The notes under the pieces: model-generated
What the model was told of the DNA's origin: nothing
The model's input: the letters and a program-made list of their open reading frames with translations, nothing else
The model's database searches: none
Source of the DNA: Chloroflexota bacterium
GTDB lineage: Bacteria; Chloroflexota; Limnocylindria; Limnocylindrales; CSP1-4
Length of the DNA: 64,000 nt
NCBI GenBank assembly: GCA_045804645.1
Contig: JBJMMR010000073.1
Location: 1,146 to 65,145, forward strand
Direction of reading: 5' to 3'
Program-made: the position numbers and the translations under genes
Shown here: positions 41,537-49,907 of the stretch, piece after piece
How the letters are laid out: each line of letters opens with the position of its first letter
Position numbering within the stretch: the first letter of the stretch is position 1

Positions 41537-42585
41537 CATCGACGACCTCTGCGGTCGAACCGGCGGTCCGCAAGCCCGCCGAGGAAGCCACGACGCCGTC
41601 GAGGGCGCGCTCCATCCCGCGCGCCGGATGGCTGGTCATCGCATCGAAGGAGTTCGGCGACCACATCCTGTCGTCGCGGTTTCTCGTCCTCGCGATCATC
41701 ATGGCCGTAGCAGCGGCGGTGCCGCTTTACTTCATCAGCGGCCAGATCCGCGATGCGCCCTCGGGTGCCACCGGCTTCCCCGCGCTCTTCATCGCGCTGT
41801 TCTGGTTGACGCCGACCGTCAACGACCAGATCTCGCTGCCGTCCGTCGTCGGGTTCCTGGCGCTCGTCGGGCCACTTCTCGGGCTCGCGTTCTCGTTCGA
41901 CGCGATCAACGGCGAGCGGGCGAACGGCACGTTGCCCCGCCTCCTGTCGCAGCCGATCCATCGCGACGACGTGATCAACGGCAAGTTCGCCGCGGGCCTG
42001 GCGGTGATCGCGATGGTGGTCATCGTGATGATCCTCGGCGTGACGTCGTTCGCGTTGATCCGCCTGGGCGTCGTCCCCGAGGCGGTCGAGCTGCTGCGGA
42101 TCGTGTTGTGGATCCTCGTGACGCTCGTGTACATCGCCCTGTGGCTCGCGTTCGGCCTGCTGTTGTCGGTCGGCATCCGCCGCGCCGCGACGTCGGCACT
42201 CGTCGGCTTCGGCACGTGGCTCCTGCTGTCGTTCTTCGGCGGGCTGATCGTCTCGTTGATCAACGGCATCGTCGCGCCGCTCACGACGACGTCGGGCGAG
42301 GATGTCCTCAAGAACATCGGGCTGCGCGAGATGCTCCAGCGGCTCCTGCCCGACACGTTGTATCGAGAGGCGTCGCTCACGCTGCTGAACCCGCAGGTGA
42401 CGTCCGTGTCGACACCGGCGACGCTCGGCCAGTACGCGCAGGCGCAGCAGCGCATCCCGTCGCTGTTCTCGCTCGACCAGAGCTTCATCCTGATCTGGCC
42501 GCAGGTGGTCGGCCTCGTCGCGTTGACCGTGGCGTGCTTCGCGCTTGCCTACGTGCTGTTCATGCGCCAGGAGGTGCGGGCGTAG
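41533..42585 (+). CDS. ABC-2 family transporter permease
   Basis: 350 aa, about 6 TM segments, ATGA overlap with the ATPase gene. Confidence 0.75.
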   Translation: MTSTTSAVEPAVRKPAEEATTPSRARSIPRAGWLVIASKEFGDHILSSRFLVLAIIMAVAAAVPLYFISGQIRDAPSGATGFPALFIALFWLTPTVNDQISLPSVVGFLALVGPLLGLAFSFDAINGERANGTLPRLLSQPIHRDDVINGKFAAGLAVIAMVVIVMILGVTSFALIRLGVVPEAVELLRIVLWILVTLVYIALWLAFGLLLSVGIRRAATSALVGFGTWLLLSFFGGLIVSLINGIVAPLTTTSGEDVLKNIGLREMLQRLLPDTLYREASLTLLNPQVTSVSTPATLGQYAQAQQRIPSLFSLDQSFILIWPQVVGLVALTVACFALAYVLFMRQEVRA

Positions 42586-42608
42586 GGTCCGTCGCGAGCG
42601 GCTGTCCG

Positions 42609-42674
42609 GGCTCGTTCCGCGCACTCGTTCCGTGAGAGCCGTTCCGCGGAGCCGTTCCGCGGAGCCGTTCGTGA
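42609..42674. repeat. Five tandem ~13-nt units ((G/C)(A/C/G)(G/C)(C/T)CGTTCCG(C/T)G)
   Basis: GAGCCGTTCCGCG at 42636 and 42649, GAGCCGTTCGTGA at 42662, and degenerate units at 42609 and 42622. Confidence 0.75.
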
Positions 42675-42785
42675 GAGGCGTCCCACGTCAGACGGGCGCC
42701 GTCCTGCCAGATGCTCATCAGGCGAGCATTGGTCAGGACGGCCCACATCGGTCGAGCACGGCGGAGCCGTCAGATCGTGTCGTGC

Positions 42786-42857
42786 GCTCGTTTCGAGTGA
42801 CATCTGTCAGCGATCCGGTGACGAACGCTCGCCTGGTGGACATCTGGCCGAAAGTCC
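42786..42857 (+). repeat. 72-nt dispersed repeat, copy R2 (homologous to 24595..24666), followed by a third partial ~40-nt unit to about 42890
   Basis: Sub-units start with GCTCG at 42786, 42827 and 42864. Unit 1 contains the palindrome TGACA-TC-TGTCA. Confidence 0.7.
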
Positions 42858-42919
42858 GTCAAACGCTCGTGTGCAAGACCGCGTGACGACCTTCCGCGCG
42901 GATGACAACCAGTCGCGCC

Positions 42920-43513
42920 CTATCGCAACGTGCCCGCGGCCAACCCGAGCTCCCGTTCCGCGGCGGCCGTCGACCAGGCGACCACGTCGGCGCGCGTGAC
43001 GGTCGTACCATGAGCGACGACCTGCAACGCCAGCCCGTCGAGCAGCGAGAGGATCCGCCACGCAGCGGCGGCCGGGTCGGCGCACCGGAATGACCCGTCG
43101 GCGACACCCGAGCCGATCGTCCGCTCGAGCAGACCCTGCCACTCCAGGTTGAGCCGTCGGGACGTGGCCTGGACGGCGGGACGGCGAGCTGCCTCGGCCC
43201 AGGCATCGAGCCAGAGTTGGAACGCCCAGTCCTTGTCGGCCGGCGTGTAGGTGCGGAAGAAGATGCGCAGTGCCTCGATCGGCGTCGCGGCTTCGGCGAT
43301 CAGGCGCGCCGACACCTCCAGGTCTTGCCGCGCCACGACCTCGAACGCCGAAGCGAGGACGTCGTCCATCGACTCGAAGTAGTGATGGATGAGGCCTGAC
43401 GATGTCCCCATCTCGGCCGCCACGTCGCGAACCGTCGTCGACGCCAGTCCCTTCCGTCGGGCGACCTCGACGGTCGCCGCGACGATCGCCGCCCGGCGGC
43501 CGGCGGGGGACAT
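42920..43513 (-). CDS. TetR/AcrR family transcriptional regulator
   Basis: ATG at 43513 (or GTG 43540) in tracked ORF 42920..43684. HTH RKGLASTTVRDVAAEMGTSSGLIHHYF. Confidence 0.85.
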   Translation of the reverse strand: MSPAGRRAAIVAATVEVARRKGLASTTVRDVAAEMGTSSGLIHHYFESMDDVLASAFEVVARQDLEVSARLIAEAATPIEALRIFFRTYTPADKDWAFQLWLDAWAEAARRPAVQATSRRLNLEWQGLLERTIGSGVADGSFRCADPAAAAWRILSLLDGLALQVVAHGTTVTRADVVAWSTAAAERELGLAAGTLR

Positions 43514-43550
43514 CCGCTTCGGGCCAGCAGGTGCCGTCACGCCCGCAGCG

Positions 43551-43576
43551 TAGGACGATATTGCGCAAACGTCCAA
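43551..43576. promoter_or_regulatory. Candidate TetR operator (imperfect palindrome) in the divergent promoter region
   Basis: TAGGACGATATTGCGCAAACGTCCAA has GGACG/CGTCC arms around an AT-richer core. It lies between the tetR start and the GcvT-like gene start (43641). Confidence 0.3.
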
Positions 43577-43640
43577 CAGCGGGTAACGTCGTCCGCGTCG
43601 AGAGGGACCACGAAGACGGACGACGTAGAGGGACACGCCT

Positions 43641-44840
43641 TTGATCCGGACGACCCCGTTCCACGAGCGGACGAGCGCCCTCAACGAAACGCAGCTCTGG
43701 AGCCATTGGAGCGGCCACCTCGCTGCCGACCGCTACCAGATGTCGGACAAGTTCGAGTACTTCGCGGTCCGCAACGCGGCCGGGATCTTCGACACGAGCC
43801 CGCTGTTCAAGTACCGGATCACCGGCAAGGACGCGGAGGCGTTCCTCTCGGGGGTCCTCGCCCGGGACATCCGGTCCTGCGAGCCCGGCAACGCCCAGTA
43901 CACCTGCTGGCTCGATGACCGCGGGTTCGTGATCGAGGACGGCGTGATCCTGCGGCCCGGCAAGAACGAGTTCCTGCTGACATCCGCCGAGCCCAACTAC
44001 GCCTACTTCGCGGACCGCATCGGCCGCTTCGACGTCACGATCGAGGACGTGAGCAACGAGATCGGGACGCTCGCCTTCCAGGGCCCCCGAAGCCGCAACC
44101 TTCTGAAGCAGCTCGTGCCGCAGATGGAGCGCATCCCGTACTTCGGCGTCGCCAGGGGCGAGATCGGCGGGGCGGGCGTCACGGTCAGTCGGACCGGCTA
44201 CAGCGGCGACCTCGGCTACGAGATCTGGATCGACACGCCCGATGCCCTGCACGTCTGGGACACGCTCTGGGATTCGATCGACGGACAAGGCGTCCTGCCC
44301 TTCGGGCTCGCGGCGCTCTACATGCTCCGGATCGAGGCCGGTCTGTTGCTACTCGAGGCCGACTTCGATTCGAGCCGATACGCGTGGAACGACGCGCATC
44401 GGTCGACGCCGATCGAGCTCGGCTGGGCGTGGATGTTCCGCGATCTCAAGACCGACGACCGCGCGTTCATCGGCCGCAAGGCGCTCGAGAAGGAGATCGC
44501 CGACAAGACCTCGCGCTGGGCGATGCGCGGCCTGGTCGTCGATTGGCGGGACTACGATCGCGTCTACAACGACGCGGGACTGATCCCACCGAAGGACCAT
44601 GCACCCGTCGTCGAGGACTGGATGCTCTACGACGACGACTACGAACGGGTGGGCTACGCGACGAGCTTCATGTACTCGCCCATGCTCCAGCGCCACATCG
44701 CCATCGCCCGCGTCCGCCCCGACTTCGCCACGTTCGGGACGAAGGTCAACCTGGAGTTCACCGTCGACCACCACTACGAGCAGGTCGCCGCGCACGTCGC
44801 TCGGTTGCCGCTCTACAACCCGGAGCGAAAGACGGCCTGA
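43641..44840 (+). CDS. Aminomethyltransferase (GcvT-like, folate-binding) family protein
   Basis: 399 aa, TTG start. TPFHERT...FAVRNAAGIFDTSPLFKYRITGKDAEAFL...GYSGDLGYEIW matches the GcvT family pattern. Confidence 0.85.
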   Translation: MIRTTPFHERTSALNETQLWSHWSGHLAADRYQMSDKFEYFAVRNAAGIFDTSPLFKYRITGKDAEAFLSGVLARDIRSCEPGNAQYTCWLDDRGFVIEDGVILRPGKNEFLLTSAEPNYAYFADRIGRFDVTIEDVSNEIGTLAFQGPRSRNLLKQLVPQMERIPYFGVARGEIGGAGVTVSRTGYSGDLGYEIWIDTPDALHVWDTLWDSIDGQGVLPFGLAALYMLRIEAGLLLLEADFDSSRYAWNDAHRSTPIELGWAWMFRDLKTDDRAFIGRKALEKEIADKTSRWAMRGLVVDWRDYDRVYNDAGLIPPKDHAPVVEDWMLYDDDYERVGYATSFMYSPMLQRHIAIARVRPDFATFGTKVNLEFTVDHHYEQVAAHVARLPLYNPERKTA

Positions 44841-44841
44841 C

Positions 44842-46557
44842 ATGACGATGACCGCGCCAAAGCCGACCAAGTCCAACAAGCCCGGGAAGAACGGGAACGG
44901 CAGCAAGTCGACCAAGTCGACCAGGGCCACGAGCCGGGCCGATCGCACCTACGACGCGATCGTCGTCGGTGGCGGCCACAACGGTCTCGTCAACGGCGCC
45001 TACCTCGCCAAGGCGGGACTCAAGGTGCTCGTCCTCGAGCGCCGGCACCTCGTCGGCGGCGCGGCCATCACCGAGGAGCTCCGGCCGGGCTTCTGGTTCA
45101 CGACGTTCTCATACGCGCTGAGCCTGCTGCGGCCCGAGATCATCCACGACCTCGAACTCGTGAAACACGGCTTCATGCCGCTGCTGATGTCGAACACCTT
45201 CGCGCCTGGTCTCGACGGCGAGTACCTGATGTTCACCCAGGACCACGGGCAGAACCAGCAGGAGATCGCGCGGCACTCCAAGCACGATGCCGACGCCTAT
45301 GACCAGTACAGCCACGACATGGAGATGGTCTGCCAGGCCATCAAGCCGTTGCTCGATATGGTCCCGCCCGACATCTTCAGCGATGACCCCGAGGAGATGA
45401 TCGCTCTTGCGAACGTCGGCTCGCGCTTCAAGAAGATGGACAAGCGGGTCCTGCACAACGCTGTTCGACTCCTGACCGGCAGCGCCGCGGACTTCCTCGA
45501 TGACTACTTCGACTCCGAGCTGCTCAAGGGTTACCTCGCCTCGTCGAGCATCATCGGGACGAAGGTCGGCCCGCGCTCGCAGGGGTCGGGGCTCGTGCTG
45601 CTTTACCACTCGATCGGTGAGCACGACGGCGAGTTCGGCGCGTGGGCGTTCCACAAGAAGGGCAACGGTGGGTTCACCCAGGTACTGGCACGGGCCGCCG
45701 AGTCGTTCGGGGCGGAGATCCGCCTCGAGTCGCCGGTCGACTCGGTCATCACCAGGGACGGCCGCGCGACCGGGGTCGCGCTACAGGACGGGACCGAGTA
45801 CTACGCCGATACCGTCGTCAGCGCGCTCGACCCGCGGCGGACCTTCCTCGAGCTCGTCAACCCGCGCGAGCTGCCCGACGACCTGGTCGAGAACATCGAG
45901 CGCTTCCGGTTCCAGGGCACGAGCTCGAAGGTGAACTTCGCGCTCGATGGCCTGCCCACGTTCGGCGACCTCGACGGGAGCCAATTCCGTGGCTTCACCA
46001 ACATCGGCCCCTCGATGGACTACCTCGAGCGCGCCTTCGATGACGCGAAGTACGGCTGGTACTCGCACGACCCATACATCGATTGCGCCATCCAATCGAC
46101 CATCGACGCCGACATGGCGCCTCCGGGCAAGCACGTCCTCTCGTGCTTCATCCAGTACACGCCCTACAAGCTCCGCGAGAGCGACTGGGACTCGGAGAAG
46201 GAGAACCTGGGCGACACCGTGCAACGGACGCTCGAGCGGTTCTTCCCGGGCTTCGGTGACCTCGTGCTGCAGCGGGAGGTCCGGACGCCGCTCGACATCG
46301 AGCGGACGGTCGGGCTCTCGGAAGGGAACATCTTCGCGGGCGAGTTCTTCGCGCCGCAGATGTTCTTCTTCCGGCCCGCGCCGGGCTGGTCGCAGTACCG
46401 GACGCCGATCGACGGCTACTACCAGTGCGGCTCGGGGACGCATCCGGGCGGCTGCGTCATGGGTGCGCCCGGCAAGCTCGCCGCGGGTCAGATCCTCAAG
46501 GATCGCGCGAAGGTCAGCGCAGCGTCGGGGAAGACGAGGGTCGCCGCGCGGGCATAG
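44842..46557 (+). CDS. FAD-dependent oxidoreductase, phytoene desaturase (CrtI-like) family
   Basis: ATG at 44842 in tracked ORF 44599..46557. Dinucleotide fold YDAIVVGGGHNGLVNGAYLAKAGLKVLVLERRHLVGGAA. Confidence 0.85.
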   Translation: MTMTAPKPTKSNKPGKNGNGSKSTKSTRATSRADRTYDAIVVGGGHNGLVNGAYLAKAGLKVLVLERRHLVGGAAITEELRPGFWFTTFSYALSLLRPEIIHDLELVKHGFMPLLMSNTFAPGLDGEYLMFTQDHGQNQQEIARHSKHDADAYDQYSHDMEMVCQAIKPLLDMVPPDIFSDDPEEMIALANVGSRFKKMDKRVLHNAVRLLTGSAADFLDDYFDSELLKGYLASSSIIGTKVGPRSQGSGLVLLYHSIGEHDGEFGAWAFHKKGNGGFTQVLARAAESFGAEIRLESPVDSVITRDGRATGVALQDGTEYYADTVVSALDPRRTFLELVNPRELPDDLVENIERFRFQGTSSKVNFALDGLPTFGDLDGSQFRGFTNIGPSMDYLERAFDDAKYGWYSHDPYIDCAIQSTIDADMAPPGKHVLSCFIQYTPYKLRESDWDSEKENLGDTVQRTLERFFPGFGDLVLQREVRTPLDIERTVGLSEGNIFAGEFFAPQMFFFRPAPGWSQYRTPIDGYYQCGSGTHPGGCVMGAPGKLAAGQILKDRAKVSAASGKTRVAARA

Positions 46558-46650
46558 TCAACGCCCGCCCACCGGGCGCGCACGACATCGAGAATCGCGG
46601 AAGCGACGGCTCGCGCCGCCGCTTCCGTCCCCCCAGAACCCCGGATGGCG

Positions 46651-47214
46651 TTATCCCTTGATCGGCTCGCCGTCGCTGCCGACCACGTACCACTTGGACC
46701 CGACCCCCTGGCCGTTGGTCTGACCCGCAGCCGAGTCCTTAGCGAAGTAGTACAGCGGGTAGTCGCCGTAGACCACCTGCTGCGTCCCATCCGCCCGTGT
46801 CTCGAGCTTGACCTTCGACTGATCGAGGCCGTCGCCGACCGTCACGTCCGACGCGGAGCTCGCCGTCAGCGCCGGCCAGTTCGCAGCGCACTGATCGTTG
46901 CACGTCGGGGCGGCTTGTCCATCGTCCGGTGTGAACATGTAGAGGGTCTTGCCTGTCCCGTCGGCGATGAACGTGCCGAGGGCCCCTGTCGCCAAGGTGA
47001 GCTTGATCGCGCCGCCCGCGGCCGTGGAAGCGGAAGCCGATGCCGCCTCCGACGCCGAGGCCGACGGGGCTGCCTCGGACGCAGAAGCCGAGGGTGCGGC
47101 GGCCGACGGGGCCGTCGTGGCGCTGCCGCCACCGCTGCTTGAACACGCCGCCACGATCGCCGTCATGGCGAAGGCAGCGAGCAGCAGCTTCGATCGTCGA
47201 GTGTCAGGTGTCAT
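46651..47214 (-). CDS. Lipoprotein with two COG4315 / Lipoprotein_15-like repeats
   Basis: ATG at 47214 in tracked ORF 46651..48081. Lipobox AIVAAC. Ala/Ser-rich linker with APSASASEA duplication. GKTLYMFTPD...CNDQCAANWP and YPLYYFAKD repeats. Confidence 0.75.
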   Translation of the reverse strand: MTPDTRRSKLLLAAFAMTAIVAACSSSGGGSATTAPSAAAPSASASEAAPSASASEAASASASTAAGGAIKLTLATGALGTFIADGTGKTLYMFTPDDGQAAPTCNDQCAANWPALTASSASDVTVGDGLDQSKVKLETRADGTQQVVYGDYPLYYFAKDSAAGQTNGQGVGSKWYVVGSDGEPIKG

Positions 47215-47310
47215 CGCGTCGTCTCCGTAAGCTGACGTGGGTCCAGCGACCGATACGTCAGGTACGACCTGGTCGGTTTCGCGCGACGTCCGGGACGCTA
47301 CCCTCGGTAC

Positions 47311-48219
47311 ATGCCGCCGACCGGCGCGACGCGTCCTCGCCTCGCCCCGCCACCGCCGCCGCCCAGCGGGGTGCTGTTCTTCATCCATGGCGCCAACGAG
47401 ACGTCCGAGGGCCTGGCACGGAACGTGGCCCGGATCGAGGACCAGGTGCGGCGCCGCGGCTGGGATGTCCGGGTCGTCGCACCCGAATGGCGGCGACGAT
47501 CCGGCCTGCGACTGGGCAACTGGCGCAAGGCGCTCTATCGCGGCGCGCGGCCTGCGGCGATCTCGTTGGCGAACGTCCCCCGGGGCGTGGGTCGGACCGC
47601 GGTCCTCAGGCTCGTCACGAACTACTTCGAAGGGCGGCGGGAGATGCTGCTCGATACCGTCGGCGCCCAGATGCTGGCGGACGTGATCGGTTACCACGAA
47701 CATCGCGACTCGATCCAGGACGTGTTGCGAGGCGAGTTCGCGAAAGCCGCGAAGGCGGCCCGTGGCCGAACGATCGTCCCAGTCGGGCTCTCGCTTGGCG
47801 GCGTCGCACTCGTCGATCTCGTCGCGTCCTGGCCCGAAGCCCCGGTCGAGACATGTGTGACGGTGGGCTCCCAGGCGCCCCTGCTCTACACGTTCGACGC
47901 GATCCCGTCGCTGCCGTACGACGAGGCCGACCCGCCGCGTCTCCCCGTCCCGTGGTTGAACGTCTATGACAGCCGTGACTTCCTGTCGTTCGTCGCGGAA
48001 CCGTTGTTCCGGCGGACCGATGGTCTCGCGACCGTCGTCGACCTCCGGGTCCACTCGGGCAAGGACTTCCCCCGCTCGCATTCGGCCTACTGGGAGTTGT
48101 CGGCGGTGTGGGAAGGCATCGCGACCGCGTTCATGTGGCGCCGGACGGATCGACTGACGGTCCGGGAGGCGCGCGAGCTCGGCTTCGAGGCCCGGAAGGC
48201 GCCGGCTCCGCGGTCCTGA
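47311..48219 (+). CDS. Putative alpha/beta hydrolase-fold protein
   Basis: 302 aa. VLFFIHGANE, a nucleophile-elbow-like GLSLGG, and a late HSAYW. Family not recognised further. Confidence 0.55.
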   Translation: MPPTGATRPRLAPPPPPPSGVLFFIHGANETSEGLARNVARIEDQVRRRGWDVRVVAPEWRRRSGLRLGNWRKALYRGARPAAISLANVPRGVGRTAVLRLVTNYFEGRREMLLDTVGAQMLADVIGYHEHRDSIQDVLRGEFAKAAKAARGRTIVPVGLSLGGVALVDLVASWPEAPVETCVTVGSQAPLLYTFDAIPSLPYDEADPPRLPVPWLNVYDSRDFLSFVAEPLFRRTDGLATVVDLRVHSGKDFPRSHSAYWELSAVWEGIATAFMWRRTDRLTVREARELGFEARKAPAPRS

Positions 48220-48244
48220 GGTTGCGGCCGTGGCGGACGCCGTG

Positions 48245-48425
48245 TGTTGTGATGCATATCTGGCGTCGTCCAGCCAGATGTTCCTCGGTGATGCAGCTCG
48301 GCGGCATCACAGGGCGCTTTCCGATTGCCCCGCGGGCCGCTGCCGATCGCGCTCCCGTCCGACTTATGCAGGGGACGTGCATCACGGGGCACCCCGTCGT
48401 CCTCCCGACCCAGGTATGCATCGCC
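48245..48425 (+). repeat. ~175-nt dispersed structured element, copy B, with inverted 15-nt ends
   Basis: Ends GTGATGCATATCTGG (48249-48263) and CCAGGTATGCATCGC (48410-48424) are 13/15 reverse-complementary. Internal hairpin GTGATGC-N9-GCATCAC (48288-48310). GTGCATCACGG at 48377. Confidence 0.65.
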
Positions 48426-48473
48426 CGAACTCGGGCCGGACGGCTGCGGGCTGGACGGCTGCGAAGGCGTGCT

Positions 48474-48489
48474 TAGAACGACCGTTCTA
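48474..48489. promoter_or_regulatory. LexA SOS-box-like perfect palindrome TAGAAC-GACC-GTTCTA
   Basis: Has the GAAC-N4-GTTC core of the Gram-positive/actinobacterial SOS box. Lies 13 nt upstream of the radical SAM gene ATG. Confidence 0.5.
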
Positions 48490-48502
48490 TACTTCCCAGA
48501 CC

Positions 48503-49468
48503 ATGCGGCCGATCTATCGCGACGAACCCTGCCGCACTGCGCTCAACCGCGTCCGGGGCATGGGCTTCAAGTGGTCGCTGAACCCGTACATGGGTTGCGT
48601 CCACCAGTGCACGTTCTGCTTCGTGCGCGCCTTCGAGAAGATGGCCGACCGGCCCTCGGATTCCCGCTACGGCACCTCGATCCGGGTCAAGACGAACATC
48701 GTCGAGGTCCTCCGCAAGGAGCTCGCCCGCAAGTCCTGGAAGGGGGAGCAGGTCGTCGTCGGCACGGCGACCGACCCGTACCAACCCGCCGAAGGGCACT
48801 TTCGCCTCACCCGCGGCTCCCTCGAAGCGCTCGGCGAAGCCCGGACGCCGATCGGCCTCATCACCAGGGGCCCGATGATCGTGCGTGACGTCGACGTCCT
48901 CGCGTATGCCTCGGAGCGAGCGAAGGTCGGCGTGACGTTCTCCATCCCGACGCTCGACCAGGAGATCTGGCGGAAGACGGAGCCCGGAACGGCATCGCCG
49001 CGTCAGCGCCTCCGCGCGATCCGCACGTTGATCGACGCTGGGATCGACACGTCGGTCGGCATGGCTCCGATCCTCCCTGGCCTTTCGGACGATCCGGAGA
49101 AGATGGCCGAGGTCATCAAGGCAGCGCGCGATGCCGGCGCGACCGCGGTCTGGACGAACGTGCTCTACCTCAAGCCCGGGACGCGTGAGCACTTCCTCGA
49201 GAACCTTGCGCGAGACTGGCCCGAGCTCCTGCCCTCGTACGAGCGGCTCTACGAGGGTCGCGCGTACGTCGCGAAGGAGGTCGTCGACCCCGTCAAGCGG
49301 CAGGTCCGCGAGCTGGCCAAGCAGCATGGGATCGCCGATCGACGACCACGCCGCGCGGGGGCCTCGACGCAGAGCGACGGGGCGCCTGACGACCGCGAGG
49401 ATCGCCCGCCAGCACCGCTGGTGCCTCCGGGCGCCGAGCAGCTGTCGCTCGCGTCGGCGCTTCGCTAA
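48503..49468 (+). CDS. Radical SAM protein (Rv2578c / SplB-like DNA-repair-associated family)
   Basis: ATG at 48503 in tracked ORF 48230..49468. C-x3-C-x2-C cluster motif GCVHQCTFCF. 321 aa. Confidence 0.85.
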   Translation: MRPIYRDEPCRTALNRVRGMGFKWSLNPYMGCVHQCTFCFVRAFEKMADRPSDSRYGTSIRVKTNIVEVLRKELARKSWKGEQVVVGTATDPYQPAEGHFRLTRGSLEALGEARTPIGLITRGPMIVRDVDVLAYASERAKVGVTFSIPTLDQEIWRKTEPGTASPRQRLRAIRTLIDAGIDTSVGMAPILPGLSDDPEKMAEVIKAARDAGATAVWTNVLYLKPGTREHFLENLARDWPELLPSYERLYEGRAYVAKEVVDPVKRQVRELAKQHGIADRRPRRAGASTQSDGAPDDREDRPPAPLVPPGAEQLSLASALR

Positions 49469-49875
49469 CCCTCGGTGTCGCCCGGCTCAGGCCATCGTGG
49501 CTGTCGTGGCGCGGATCGCGGAAGCGCATCCCAGTCCGACCGGAGCGGCGAGAAGATGTCGACCACCGTCGCCCCGTCCGGGCCGGCGACGCCATCGTGC
49601 AGCAGGTTCGACGTGATCCGCCACGTCCCACCGGGACCAAGCGTGCGGCGCTCGCCATCGATCGTGAATGTGATCGACCCCCTGATGCACAACCCGAGCT
49701 GCTCCTGCACATGACGGTGCTCGGGCACGATCGCGTTCGGGGCGAGCTCCACGAGGGCGAGGCTCGCGTTGTTGCCGGCGATGACGCGCGCCTGGACGGT
49801 CTCTCCCCAGACGTCGAGCGCTGGTACGTCGGTGATGTCGCGCAGGTTCGAGTCGGCGGTGGACCGGGTCGTCAT
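49465..49875 (-). CDS. Cupin domain protein
   Basis: 136 aa. VPEHRHVQEQLGLCIRGS and GGTWRITSNLLHDG cupin motifs. Confidence 0.75.
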   Translation of the reverse strand: MTTRSTADSNLRDITDVPALDVWGETVQARVIAGNNASLALVELAPNAIVPEHRHVQEQLGLCIRGSITFTIDGERRTLGPGGTWRITSNLLHDGVAGPDGATVVDIFSPLRSDWDALPRSAPRQPRWPEPGDTEG

Positions 49876-49907
49876 GACGAGAGCCTAACGCCGGTACGCT
49901 GCGTGCC

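Noticed and set aside
42549-42886. Tracked ORFs within the repeat-filled intergenic region (42545..42886 +, 42549..42803 -, 42560..42748 -)
   Set aside because: The translations are repeat-driven and low-complexity (for example the reiterated SAEPF/RNG segments). No SD or family resemblance is present, and the region is better explained as non-coding repeats.
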